Source: Candidatus Firestoneibacteriota bacterium (GTDB lineage Bacteria; Oederibacteriota; D2-FULL-39-29; JBBTED01). Taken from it: 64,000 bases of DNA. Positions 20,701-29,818 of this stretch are shown piece by piece. The translations under genes and the position numbers were made by a program. Location of the stretch: contig JBBTED010000048.1 in assembly GCA_038042445.1 (NCBI GenBank), positions 3,663 through 67,662 on the forward strand. The letters run 5' to 3'. How positions within the stretch are numbered: the stretch's first letter is position 1; every line of letters begins with the position of its first letter. Under the pieces are notes generated by a model. It saw only the letters and a program-made list of their open reading frames with translations, was not told the DNA's origin and ran no database searches.

Positions 20701-21151
20701 ATCAAAACGCGGAGAAACATGGGCAATAGTTACAATAGAAGACCTTGAAGGTTCAATTGAGGTTTTAGTATTTTCAAAATTATATGAAAAATTTGTATCT
20801 ATTTTGAGAAAAGAAGCTATATTTTTTGTTAAAGGAAAAGTTGATTCAGAAAGAGATCAGCCAAGAATGATTGCAGATGACTTTATACCTATTGAAGAAG
20901 CAAAAGAAAAGCTTGCAACATCTTTGCATATAAAACTTATGACACTAGGTTTGGAAGAATTTACTCTTGTAGATATTAAAAAAACTTTAGAGCAATTTCC
21001 AGGCAGATGTTCTGTATTTTTACATTTTATGGAATCTCCTGATAAAGAAATATCTACAATGGAAATTCCAATAAAAGTAGCACCATTAGATGAGCTTATA
21101 TCACAAATTGAAAAATCACTTGGCGAAAATTCTATCTGGCTTAGCAGCTAA
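17723..21151 (+). CDS. dnaE: DNA polymerase III alpha subunit
   Basis: FVHLHNHT PHP domain, GPGRGSAAGS, PDIDIDF, YGFNKSH, OB fold. Confidence 0.98.
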   Translation: MEHTDFVHLHNHTQYSLLDGALRLSNLMKRAHELKMPAISITDHGNMFGVIEFYDIASRHGIKPIIGCEVYVAPESRFDRSSLHGISDASYHLVLLAKDLTGYKNLLELVSAGYLQGFYYRPRIDKELLMRHKDGLIGLSACLKGEVSSLLLKGEKQKAKDIAKEFEDILGKGNFYLELMDHGIEEQIKVNSEIIKISKELDIPLVATNDCHYLNREDSKAHEVLLCIQTGKTLEDKTHMKFSTEEFYFKTPQEMKTLFAEVPSAIKNTIVIAQHCNLELKFDTFYLPKYDLPSEHTDIDEYLEKLCRDGLKKHFPQNTSQEVENRLKHELEVVKNAGFSGYFLIVWDFINFAKKSNIMVGPGRGSAAGSIISYLLEITEINPLKYGLFFERFLNPDRIQPPDIDIDFSDRRRAEVLDYVTQKYGRENVAQIITFGKLQARLAVRDVGRVIGMPYAEVGKIAKLIPADPKITIEKALKSSPEFAEIAKEEKVKNLLLIAQSLEGLLRHASTHASGVVIARENLLNYVPLYKDTGESEISTQYDMQCLSRIGLLKMDFLGLRTLTTIEETIKIVKDRHNKVITLSNIPLDDLNTFKLFCNAQTLGVFQLESPGMRDLLRKFKPQNIHDIMAVVALFRPGPMKIIDDYVKRRHGVIPVKYDHPLLKDILEETYGTIVYQEQVMQIAVTLGGFTMGQADLLRSAMSKKKMLILEKQRDLFVAGAKKKKISQETAEHIYDMMAEFGEYGFNKSHSAAYSLVTYQTAYLKANYTIEFMAALLTSETGNPEKVSSYIAECKKMGITVLPPDINESFANFTVLDNSKIRFGLAAIKNVGLLAIESIVHARSEKRFTSLLDFCERIDTRLVNKRVVESFIKSGCFDSFGLKRSQLIKIADEVLEIAQLSQQDKANRQISLLDGTNQTAKKISIPDLEEYPENRILAFEKELLGVYVSGHPLAVYELEMKRYTNTSSLTIKDFNNGKTACIGGIVENIVRKISKRGETWAIVTIEDLEGSIEVLVFSKLYEKFVSILRKEAIFFVKGKVDSERDQPRMIADDFIPIEEAKEKLATSLHIKLMTLGLEEFTLVDIKKTLEQFPGRCSVFLHFMESPDKEISTMEIPIKVAPLDELISQIEKSLGENSIWLSS

Positions 21152-23210
21152 AATAGTGAAATCACGTACCATCCGCCTCAAATGGACTGGTACGTGGGTA
21201 ATTGTCTGGATTTTCATTTTTATCACCTTAGCATTTGTAAATGCGCAGGAAAAACAAGAACCTCAGCCTGTGCTTTGTACCGGTGATTATGTAGAATACC
21301 AGCAAGACGAAAATATACTTTATGGCAAAGGGAATATTACACTCAAACATAAAGGATTAATTTTGAAAGCTGATGAAGTCAACTATAATTCAAAAACCGG
21401 CGAAGTAGATGCAAAAGGAAATATAATTTTAACAGAAAATGATAATGAAATTCATGGAACATCTGCTTTGTATAATTTAAATAAAAAAAGCGGTGTAATT
21501 AAAGATGCAAACTTTTATAAAAAACCCTGGAATTTTAAAGGAGAAACTATAAATAAAACAAATGAGAAAGATGTATTTTTAAATAGTGGATATGGAACAA
21601 CTTGTATTTATAAAGATAGTCCGCATTACAAACTTACAGCAAACGAAATTCATATAGAAATGGATGAATCCATTGAAGCATGGTGGACTTTATTTTATGT
21701 AGAAGGAATACCTATAATGATTATTCCCTATTTTTACCGGTCTTTAAGAGATAACAGAAATCCATTTACAATTAAACCAGGATATAGTGAAGATGAAGGA
21801 TGGTCAGTCAGAACTGCATATAATTACTGGTTTGCAGATTATGCATGGGGCGCAATATATAATGACTATATCGCAAATAAAGGATATGGCAAGGGCACAG
21901 ATTATCATTATTCTCTTGATAATGATTATATGACCGGATATTTTTATATTTACCACATAAGAGAAAAAGAACAGACAAACCAACCTACACCTACTGGGCC
22001 AAAAGACAGATTACGCGTAGACATAGAACATAGCCAATATTTAACTCAAGAAAGAGATATAAATATAACAGCAAAAGGAAATTATTTTAGTGACAGTTCA
22101 ATGGTGAATAACTATTCCACAATATCTCCTATAATGATGCAAGAAATAAATTCCTATGTAGCACTTTCAAAGCGATATACACAAGCAGGGCTTTTTGTAA
22201 GTGTAGATAGAAATGACTTATGGGAAACTGATAGATATGTCATAAACAGACAGGAACTTCCAAAAGCTACGCTTGATTTAGGCCCATTTGTATTGGATGA
22301 CACTAATATATACTATGGCTTATCTACAACTACACTTAATAGATATATCCGTACAAATGATTATTATGTTTTTTCCTTAGACGCATCGCCTAATCTTACA
22401 CATAGTTTTAATTTAACATATAGAACCACTCTTACAGAAAATATAACTTTCAAAGAAACCTGGCAGGATCTACCTGACAAAAATCAGGATAATAAAGGTT
22501 TCACAAGTTCTTATACTACTTTTGTTAATTTACATCATATATGGAATCAGGTATTTTCTACAGATTTAAGACACAGTCTTGCACAAAGATTAACTCGCAT
22601 AGAAAGTGATGAAAACCGTGGAGTAATATCAAACAGAATAGATGGTGCAGGGCATTATATGTTTTATCCATTTGTGTCTTTAGATATAAGCACAGGTTAC
22701 GACCTGTTTTCAAGAAATTCTACCCAAGCTGAAAGATTTTATCCTATAACAGGAGATCTTCGTGCTACTCCGCATGAAAATGTTGATTATTATTTAAATA
22801 CAAGTTATAATCTTGCACTAAAGAAAATAGCAAACGCTGATACTTATATTGATATCGGCAGATACAGACCATGGTCAATTAAAGTAGGAGTGAATTATAT
22901 TGCAGCAGGTCCTTATGATAGCCGCAACAACGTAGATTTAAACTTAAGATTAGGAATAGCATTAGGTCAACCATTCCGGGTAATACTTGAGTGGAAATAT
23001 GATACTTACACTGCTATTTTCAAAGAACAAAAATATATGATACACATAGATATAACTGATTGTTGGGAACTTGAACTTTCAATGACAAATTGGGGTGATT
23101 CCACTAATCCCCTGAATAGTAGAAGTCAATTCTGGTTTGCGTTAAATTTAAGAGCATTTGCTGGCCAAAGCACTGGAGGTTCTTCAAGCCTTAGCCCATT
23201 TAGTTATTAA
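21090..23210 (+). CDS. lptD: LptD-like LPS-assembly outer-membrane protein (probable true start GTG 21156)
   Basis: OstA-like N-terminus (LKADEVNYNSKTGEVDAKGNI), TTCIY..PHYKL..IPYF, beta-barrel C-terminus with DCW motif. Confidence 0.7.
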   Translation: MSLYHKLKNHLAKILSGLAAKIVKSRTIRLKWTGTWVIVWIFIFITLAFVNAQEKQEPQPVLCTGDYVEYQQDENILYGKGNITLKHKGLILKADEVNYNSKTGEVDAKGNIILTENDNEIHGTSALYNLNKKSGVIKDANFYKKPWNFKGETINKTNEKDVFLNSGYGTTCIYKDSPHYKLTANEIHIEMDESIEAWWTLFYVEGIPIMIIPYFYRSLRDNRNPFTIKPGYSEDEGWSVRTAYNYWFADYAWGAIYNDYIANKGYGKGTDYHYSLDNDYMTGYFYIYHIREKEQTNQPTPTGPKDRLRVDIEHSQYLTQERDINITAKGNYFSDSSMVNNYSTISPIMMQEINSYVALSKRYTQAGLFVSVDRNDLWETDRYVINRQELPKATLDLGPFVLDDTNIYYGLSTTTLNRYIRTNDYYVFSLDASPNLTHSFNLTYRTTLTENITFKETWQDLPDKNQDNKGFTSSYTTFVNLHHIWNQVFSTDLRHSLAQRLTRIESDENRGVISNRIDGAGHYMFYPFVSLDISTGYDLFSRNSTQAERFYPITGDLRATPHENVDYYLNTSYNLALKKIANADTYIDIGRYRPWSIKVGVNYIAAGPYDSRNNVDLNLRLGIALGQPFRVILEWKYDTYTAIFKEQKYMIHIDITDCWELELSMTNWGDSTNPLNSRSQFWFALNLRAFAGQSTGGSSSLSPFSY

Positions 23211-23307
23211 TATGAGACTGTCCAACAAACTTCAATTTGGGCATTTTTTTTAAAAAAATCTTTAACAATTTAGGATTTTCTGCTATTGTATTAAACATAA
23301 TAATTTT

Positions 23308-24165
23308 ATGTCAACCACCCACAAACTTATAATTGGCAATTGTATGAGTATGGAAGAAATTCCGAATGAAAGTGTCCATTTGATGATTACTTCACCACCA
23401 TACTTTAATGCACCTTTTGACTATAAAGGATTATTCAAAGATTATGAGCAGTATCTTGACGTGTTAAAAAATTTTGCTCAGGAAACTTTTAGAGTTTTAC
23501 AAGACGGAAGAATTGCTGTGTTAAATATTGATGATATGTTGATAGATGGCGAAAAATTCCCGATTGTTGCTGACGCAACAAAAATTTTTCAAGAAGTCGG
23601 ATTTAGATATAGAGACAGGATTGTTTGGAAAAAACCTGATGGCTATTTGAGAATTAGCCGCCGTAGTGGAGTAATGCTTCAAAATCCTTATCCAATGTAT
23701 TTTTATCCTGATAATTTATTGGAAAGCATTATTATTTTTCAAAAAGGCAAATTCAACTATCGCTCAATTTCAAAGGAAGTTCGCGAAACTTCAAAAGTTG
23801 ATACAAAGGAATTTTTAAGCAAAAAATGGTATATGACGCTTTGGGAAATAAATAATGTAATGCCAGGTTCTCTGTTGGAAAAGGACATTGCGGCTTTTCC
23901 TGGAGAATTGCCATATCGCGCAATTAAACTTTTTTCCTACAAGGGTGAAATTGTATTGGATCCATTTGCCGGTAGCGGCACAACGATGAAAAAAGCTCGT
24001 GAATTAGAAAGAAATAGTATTGGTATTGAAATAAAAAAATTGCTGGTTCCAGTGATTAAAAAAAAATTGGGTTTTGACGGCGCCCAAAATGACTTTTTCG
24101 CCGACCAAAACGACAAATTAGAAATTATCAATCGTAAAGCAGGGAAATATGGACCTATTAGCTAA
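23308..24165 (+). CDS. DNA methyltransferase, beta class (N4-C/N6-A) of a type II R-M pair
   Basis: ITSPPY (motif IV) before LDPFAGSGTT (motif I). Confidence 0.9.
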   Translation: MSTTHKLIIGNCMSMEEIPNESVHLMITSPPYFNAPFDYKGLFKDYEQYLDVLKNFAQETFRVLQDGRIAVLNIDDMLIDGEKFPIVADATKIFQEVGFRYRDRIVWKKPDGYLRISRRSGVMLQNPYPMYFYPDNLLESIIIFQKGKFNYRSISKEVRETSKVDTKEFLSKKWYMTLWEINNVMPGSLLEKDIAAFPGELPYRAIKLFSYKGEIVLDPFAGSGTTMKKARELERNSIGIEIKKLLVPVIKKKLGFDGAQNDFFADQNDKLEIINRKAGKYGPIS

Positions 24166-25195
24166 AATTAAGGGTATAAAATATACTCCACTTCTTTGCC
24201 GAGATTTAGAAGTTTTTGACTTCAAGGATTTAAAAATATCTTTGGATTCTTGTGCTTCTTTTATCCTTAATATCAATAAAGAAAACAAAATTGCTATAAG
24301 TTGGTGGGTTTCAGCTAAACGCACTCGTTCCTATCCTTACGCTAGAGTTTATGATACTTTAGGTTTTTCCGGTAAAAAGATAACAATAATTCCAGTTGTT
24401 AAAGATGAAGGAAAAGAAGGCGACAGAGATTTTTTACAATGGGACACAATTTCATTGATGAGTTTGTTAGGCGTTTATGTAATTATTGCCTATTACAACG
24501 ACGCCGAAAGAAGCAAAAAATACAGACACAAAATTACAAACCAACGTTTTGATATTGATTATATTAGAGAACAAATTAAAAATATTCTTTCTTACCAATC
24601 AGACGCCTTGCATTGGAATCTTGTTCATGTTAACAGGATTGGACAAATTGGACAAAAATCATTGGAATCTTATGCTAAAATTTCTAAAAAATTAAAAGTC
24701 GAAATGCACTCAAGTCAATCTGTAGAAAAAAGAATTGCCGAACTTTTGAAAGGTAAAGATAATTTTATGAAATTATCTCGAATGTTGGCAGAAAAAGCCC
24801 AAAGGCGAGAACAATTAACCGTGCAACCAAAAGAAAAATTATCGGGAACAAAAGCGATAATTACAATACGAAATTATTTGGGTGGATATTATTATTTCAC
24901 TTCGGACGAAACCGAAGTGAAAGGAAATAATATCTTTTTAATTGAGAGCAAGCATAGCAAAATTAATCCTTTGCCATCTTTGGAAGATATAAAAGACGGG
25001 TTAGTAAAAATGATTTTATTTTCCAATCTTGAATATTTAAAAATGAATGGCAGAAATTATAATCCAATAGCAGTATTAAAACTAACTGTTGAAGACACTT
25101 TTGATGTAAATAGTCTGAACAAAACTCAAAAAGAAACATTACATCTGCTTAGCAAAGAAGCAAAACAAAATGGATTTAATGTACGAATTTTATGA
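24149..25195 (+). CDS. Probable type II restriction endonuclease (PD-(D/E)xK)
   Basis: Overlaps the MTase by 17 nt; TSDET...LIESKH acidic/Lys motif; 348 aa. Confidence 0.6.
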   Translation: MDLLAKIKGIKYTPLLCRDLEVFDFKDLKISLDSCASFILNINKENKIAISWWVSAKRTRSYPYARVYDTLGFSGKKITIIPVVKDEGKEGDRDFLQWDTISLMSLLGVYVIIAYYNDAERSKKYRHKITNQRFDIDYIREQIKNILSYQSDALHWNLVHVNRIGQIGQKSLESYAKISKKLKVEMHSSQSVEKRIAELLKGKDNFMKLSRMLAEKAQRREQLTVQPKEKLSGTKAIITIRNYLGGYYYFTSDETEVKGNNIFLIESKHSKINPLPSLEDIKDGLVKMILFSNLEYLKMNGRNYNPIAVLKLTVEDTFDVNSLNKTQKETLHLLSKEAKQNGFNVRIL

Positions 25196-25944
25196 GTATA
25201 TCATTATGTAGAAAAAGAGATTTATTTCGAATCGTGAAAAATATAATATTTTTTGTTTTCTTTATAGGTTTTGCGAATGCCCAAACCATTGATTCTATTA
25301 AGCCAAAAGGATATATTTCTGATTTCGCAGGTGTTATAGACCAGGAATCCTATCAAAAAATAAATAATCTTATTATAGAAGTAGAACAAAAAACAAGTGC
25401 TGAAATATCAGTTGTAACTATTAAAAATCTTGAAGACTATCCAATTGAAGATTTTGCAGTAAAACTATTTGAAAAATTTGGCATAGGCAAAAAAGACAAA
25501 AATAATGGAGTATTAATACTTTCATCCATTGAATCAAAAAAAATGAGGATTGAAGTTGGATATGGACTTGAACCAATACTCCCAGATAGTCTTTGTGGTG
25601 AAATTTTAGACAAATATGTTATCCCAGATTTCAAGCAAAACAATTATGGCTCTGGATTGCTTACAGGAGTTTCTGTCCTTGCCAGTATTATTGCAAAAGA
25701 TGCAAATGTTGAATTAACCGGAATTGTAATACCACCATCTTCAAAACCAAGCACTGCAAAAACAATTTTAAATATTATTGTTTTTGTTGTATTGCTTATT
25801 GTATTTATTCGCCACCCATTTTTATTCTTGCTTTTATTATCAGGTGGAGGCAGAGGCGGTGGATTCAGTAGTGGTGGATTTGGTGGTGGAGGCGGATTTG
25901 GCGGTGGAATGAGCGGAGGCGGAGGCGCCTCAAGAGGCTGGTAG
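25192..25944 (+). CDS. TPM-domain (YgcG-like) protein with TM helix and Gly-rich tail
   Basis: ISDFAGVI, GVLILSS..MRIEVGYGLE, GGFGGGMSGGGGASRGW. Confidence 0.9.
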   Translation: MSISLCRKRDLFRIVKNIIFFVFFIGFANAQTIDSIKPKGYISDFAGVIDQESYQKINNLIIEVEQKTSAEISVVTIKNLEDYPIEDFAVKLFEKFGIGKKDKNNGVLILSSIESKKMRIEVGYGLEPILPDSLCGEILDKYVIPDFKQNNYGSGLLTGVSVLASIIAKDANVELTGIVIPPSSKPSTAKTILNIIVFVVLLIVFIRHPFLFLLLLSGGGRGGGFSSGGFGGGGGFGGGMSGGGGASRGW

Positions 25945-25966
25945 GAAAATCAATTACCTGTTCTAT

Positions 25967-26020
25967 GTAGGGCAAGGCTTTAGCCTTGCAAAAACAAGCA
26001 AACCTGAAGGTTTGCCCTAC
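25967..26020. repeat. GTAG-family REP doublet (type B)
   Basis: GTAGGGCAAGGCTTTAGCCTTGC...GCAAACCTGAAGGTTTGCCCTAC. Confidence 0.9.
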
Positions 26021-26055
26021 CTAATTTAAAAATTATTAAAGGAGGTTACTTTATT

Positions 26056-26763
26056 ATGACAAATAAATTAAACTTATTCGTAGATACTGCAAAAAAAGTC
26101 TGTGGCGGAAATTTGAAATCAGTTATCCTTTATGGTTCCAGAGCAAGTGATGAAGCAGTTGAAAAATATTCTGACTATAACTTACTTATAATTCTAAATG
26201 AAATCAAGTTTTCTAATTTAAAAATTATTGCCCCAGCAATACAAAAATGGATAAAAACCAATAATACATCGCCTTTACTTTTCACAATGAAAAATTTTTT
26301 AAATTCTTCTGATGTGTTTCCTATAGAATTTTTAGAAATGAAACTTCACCATAAAATACTATATGGAGATAATCCCTTTGAAAAATTAAGTATAGAGCTT
26401 GCTAATTTGCGTCATGAATGTGAATTTGAATTAAAGGGTAAATTCCTTAAATTACAACAAGCATATATATTAACAGGTGGCAAAGAAAATAAAGTTAAAG
26501 AATTACTTGTAGATTCAATTTCTACATTTTTAATTTTATTTCGTGCTGTTATTTGTCTCACAGGTAAAACTCCACCGCCAAAAAGACTTGATGTCCTTAC
26601 AAAGATTTCCGAATTCATAAATATAAACACTAAACCATTTGTATCATTACTTGAGATAAAAGAAACCCCAAAATTAGCAAAAAAATTTAATATAGAAATT
26701 ATTTTTGAAGAATACATAAAAGAGATTGAAAAAGTAATAGATTTCGTGGATAATTATAATTAG
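26056..26763 (+). CDS. Pol-beta-superfamily nucleotidyltransferase-domain protein
   Basis: VILYGSRA..SDYNLL; DVFPIEFLEM; LRHECEFELKG. Confidence 0.7.
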   Translation: MTNKLNLFVDTAKKVCGGNLKSVILYGSRASDEAVEKYSDYNLLIILNEIKFSNLKIIAPAIQKWIKTNNTSPLLFTMKNFLNSSDVFPIEFLEMKLHHKILYGDNPFEKLSIELANLRHECEFELKGKFLKLQQAYILTGGKENKVKELLVDSISTFLILFRAVICLTGKTPPPKRLDVLTKISEFININTKPFVSLLEIKETPKLAKKFNIEIIFEEYIKEIEKVIDFVDNYN

Positions 26764-26855
26764 TTCTAAGTGTATAAGTGCATAAGTTCTAAGTATTTAT
26801 AAAACTTAGAACCTAGAACTTCGGCACATAGAACATATTAAAGGAGGCAACAAAA

Positions 26856-27422
26856 ATGAAGAAGTTATGGATAATATTAGGTGTAGTTTTAGTGTTTTTA
26901 CTTATGCTTGTTGGAACCTATGTAAGCAATTACAACAGACTTGTTAGAACAAGTGAAAGTATAAATAGTTCATGGGCACAGGTTGAAAACCAATTACAGA
27001 GAAGATTTGACTTAATTCCTAATTTGATAAATACAGTAAAAGGCTATGTAAAACATGAAAAAGGAATATTTGAGTATGTAGCAGATGCAAGAGCAAAATT
27101 AGCAGGTGCAAAAACAATAGCAGATAAAGTAAAATCAGCAAATGATTTAGAAACAGGGTTGTCCCGCTTACTTGCAATTGCTGAAAATTATCCACAGTTA
27201 AAAGCAAATGAAAACTTCATAAGACTTCAAGATGAGCTTGCAGGCACTGAAAACAGAATTGCCGTAGAAAGAATGAGATTCAATGAAATTGTACGTGATT
27301 ATAATATTTTGATACGAAGATTCCCAAGCAATATCATAGCCTCAATGTCCGGCTTTGAGAAAAAAGATATATACTTTAAAGCAGAAGAAACTGCAAAAGA
27401 AACACCAAAAGTAAACTTTTAA
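26856..27422 (+). CDS. lemA: LemA family protein
   Basis: N-terminal TM; QLQRRFDLIPNL; ENYPQLKA; TENRIAVER. Confidence 0.95.
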   Translation: MKKLWIILGVVLVFLLMLVGTYVSNYNRLVRTSESINSSWAQVENQLQRRFDLIPNLINTVKGYVKHEKGIFEYVADARAKLAGAKTIADKVKSANDLETGLSRLLAIAENYPQLKANENFIRLQDELAGTENRIAVERMRFNEIVRDYNILIRRFPSNIIASMSGFEKKDIYFKAEETAKETPKVNF

Positions 27423-27499
27423 TTTTGATTTTAATTTTGCAAGAAATATATTGACAAAATTCATTAAAATTGTAACAATAATGAGAATTTAAATTAACT

Positions 27500-27634
27500 A
27501 TGTTACCTACATATAGACCACATAATCGGAAAAGACATAAAACTCATGGGTTTAAAAAAAGAATGAAAACCCATGGTGGAAAAAAAGTCCTTAATAGCCG
27601 CAGAAAAAAAGGGCGATATCGTATTTGTGTATAA
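27500..27634 (+). CDS. rpmH: 50S ribosomal protein L34
   Basis: Below ORF-track cutoff; hand translation [44 protein letters not shown]; upstream of rnpA. Confidence 0.95.
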   Translation: MLPTYRPHNRKRHKTHGFKKRMKTHGGKKVLNSRRKKGRYRICV

Positions 27635-27667
27635 AAAAATTAACTCTTACACCATAAAACCATTAGT

Positions 27668-28045
27668 GTGAATGAGCAAGTTTCGGTGCAGGATTTTACT
27701 TTCTCGAAATCTGAACATCTAACCAAAAATGACGAATTCGATAAAATATATAAAGTAGGTAAACGATACTCTAATAAATTTTTCCTCTTAAATGTACTGG
27801 AAAAATCAAAAGTAGATACAAAATATTCACGAATAGGATTTTCTGTAGGTAAAAAAATTGCTAAAGCAGTTTTAAGAAATAAACTTAAACGCAAAATGAG
27901 AGAAATTTTCAGAACAAATAAATACAAATTGATTAAAAAAACAGATTTGCTCCTTACAGCAAGACAATTGGCTTTATCTGCAGATTATAAAACATTAGAA
28001 ACTGCTATATTAGACCTTTTTAAAAAATCAACGCTTATTAACTAA
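27668..28045 (+). CDS. rnpA: RNase P protein component
   Basis: SRIGFSVGKKIAKAVLRNKLKR; position in the rpmH operon; GTG start. Confidence 0.95.
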   Translation: MNEQVSVQDFTFSKSEHLTKNDEFDKIYKVGKRYSNKFFLLNVLEKSKVDTKYSRIGFSVGKKIAKAVLRNKLKRKMREIFRTNKYKLIKKTDLLLTARQLALSADYKTLETAILDLFKKSTLIN

Positions 28046-28269
28046 TGCTAAAGAAAATACTGATTGAAAGTATAAAGTTTTACCGTATGATGATATCACC
28101 TATTTTTCCACGAGCATGTAGATTTCATCCTTCTTGCTCTGAATATACAATTTTAGCAATAGAAAACTATGGTATCTTTGGTGGATGCTGGCTTTCTATA
28201 AAAAGAATACTTAAATGTCACCCATTTTCAAAAGGAGGATTTGACCCCATACCATGCAAAAAAGATTAA
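28045..28269 (+). CDS. yidD: Membrane protein insertion efficiency factor
   Basis: CRFHPSCSEY..RILKCHPF. Confidence 0.95.
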   Translation: MLKKILIESIKFYRMMISPIFPRACRFHPSCSEYTILAIENYGIFGGCWLSIKRILKCHPFSKGGFDPIPCKKD

Positions 28270-29816
28270 TAATTGCAATTGCAATGTCGTTTTTAGTATT
28301 GTTAGGTTTTGAATTTTATTATTCAAAAACTTTTGTTCCGCTTAAAAAACAACCAGTAGAACAAAATAGCATAGAAAAAACTAAAGATGTTTCTTCAACT
28401 CCTACAGCTTCTATTCCTGCAATTTCTACAGAAAAAATTAAGCCACAAGAATTAAAAAGTTCTACAAAAAATCTGGAAAATGCAAAAGACATAGTGCTGG
28501 AAACAAAAAAAATACGAGCTACATTTACAAATAAAGGTGCAAAACTCAAAAGTTTTATTTTAAAAGAATTTAACGAAAACAAACAGCCCGTTGATCTTGT
28601 ATCAAAAGAATTACAAGAAAATTTTCCGTTTAAATTAGAACTGGCAGGAAACAGTGATAATAAAATATGGGAAGTTACTGAAGAAAAAAATGGCGTTTCT
28701 TTTAAAACAAAAACCGGTGATTTAACTATAACAAAAAAGTTCCTATTTGATGATAATACATATAAAGTTAAATTAGATATAGAAGTTTTAAATCTTGGCA
28801 AAGAAAATCAGGAAATTAAAGATTTAACATTGTGGTGGGGACCTGGCATAATTGCAGACAAAAAAGACCTTCTTGAAATTTCAGCAGTAGTTTTTGCAAA
28901 TAACAAAATAACAAAGTTTAAAGCCCATAAAATTGGAGAACCTAAAATTGTAAGTGGAAATATTTCCTGGATTGGACTAAAAGATAAGTATTTTATGGTA
29001 AATTTAGCCCCAGAAAATGATATTGCTCAATCCTGCAAAGTTGAACGCAATTCAGAAGGTAGACTTTCTATTGGTGTCCAATTAAAACCACTTGTTTTAG
29101 AAAAAAATGCAAAGAAAAATATTTCATTCGCATTGTATATGGGTCCTTTAATATTAGAAGAACTAAGACCACTCAACATTGGATTAGACAAAGCATTGGA
29201 TTTTGGGATATTTTCCTGGCTTGGAATATGGTTCCTAATCATCATGAAATTTTTATATAAAATAGTACCTAATTGGGGATTGGCTATAATTTTACTTACT
29301 GTTTTAATTAAGATTGTCCTGTGGATTCCAACTCAAAAAAGTTATAAATCAATGAAAATGATGCAAAATTTACAACCACAATTTAAAGTGTTGAAAGAGC
29401 AATATAAAAATGACCCGAAATTATTGAATCAACAAATGATGAAGCTTTACAAAGAGAATAAAGTGAATCCTCTTGGAGGATGCTTGCCAATGTTATTGCA
29501 ATTGCCTATATTCTATGCTTTATATACTATACTTACAAATGCTATAGAACTTCGTTCTGCACCATTTATTTTCTGGATAACTGATCTCTCATTAAAAGAC
29601 CCTTATTATGTATCAGCATTATTAATGGGTGTCACAATGTTTATACAGCAAAAAATGACACCGGCAGCTGACCCACAACAGGCCAAAATAATGCTTGTGC
29701 TTCCTGTAATTTTTACAGTTATGTTTGCAGGATTACCAGCAGGTGTGCTTTTATACTGGATAATACAAAATATACTTTCAATAATTCAGCAGTATCATGT
29801 AAATCAATCTAATTAA
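28254..29816 (+). CDS. yidC: Membrane protein insertase YidC
   Basis: NWGLAII, GGCLPMLLQLPIF, LPAGVLLYW. Confidence 0.97.
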   Translation: MQKRLIIAIAMSFLVLLGFEFYYSKTFVPLKKQPVEQNSIEKTKDVSSTPTASIPAISTEKIKPQELKSSTKNLENAKDIVLETKKIRATFTNKGAKLKSFILKEFNENKQPVDLVSKELQENFPFKLELAGNSDNKIWEVTEEKNGVSFKTKTGDLTITKKFLFDDNTYKVKLDIEVLNLGKENQEIKDLTLWWGPGIIADKKDLLEISAVVFANNKITKFKAHKIGEPKIVSGNISWIGLKDKYFMVNLAPENDIAQSCKVERNSEGRLSIGVQLKPLVLEKNAKKNISFALYMGPLILEELRPLNIGLDKALDFGIFSWLGIWFLIIMKFLYKIVPNWGLAIILLTVLIKIVLWIPTQKSYKSMKMMQNLQPQFKVLKEQYKNDPKLLNQQMMKLYKENKVNPLGGCLPMLLQLPIFYALYTILTNAIELRSAPFIFWITDLSLKDPYYVSALLMGVTMFIQQKMTPAADPQQAKIMLVLPVIFTVMFAGLPAGVLLYWIIQNILSIIQQYHVNQSN

Positions 29817-29818
29817 AT

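Noticed and set aside
17723-21151. Intein or split in dnaE
   Set aside because: Length and motif spacing are normal, with no intein splice motifs.
21090-21151. 62-nt dnaE/lptD overlap as a dual-coding region
   Set aside because: An in-frame GTG at 21156 gives a normal signal peptide, so the overlap is probably an ORF-calling extension.
23214-23229. Solo IS-like end marking the R-M cassette as a transposon
   Set aside because: Only a partial match to the 53152 TIR; no right-hand end or target duplication was found.
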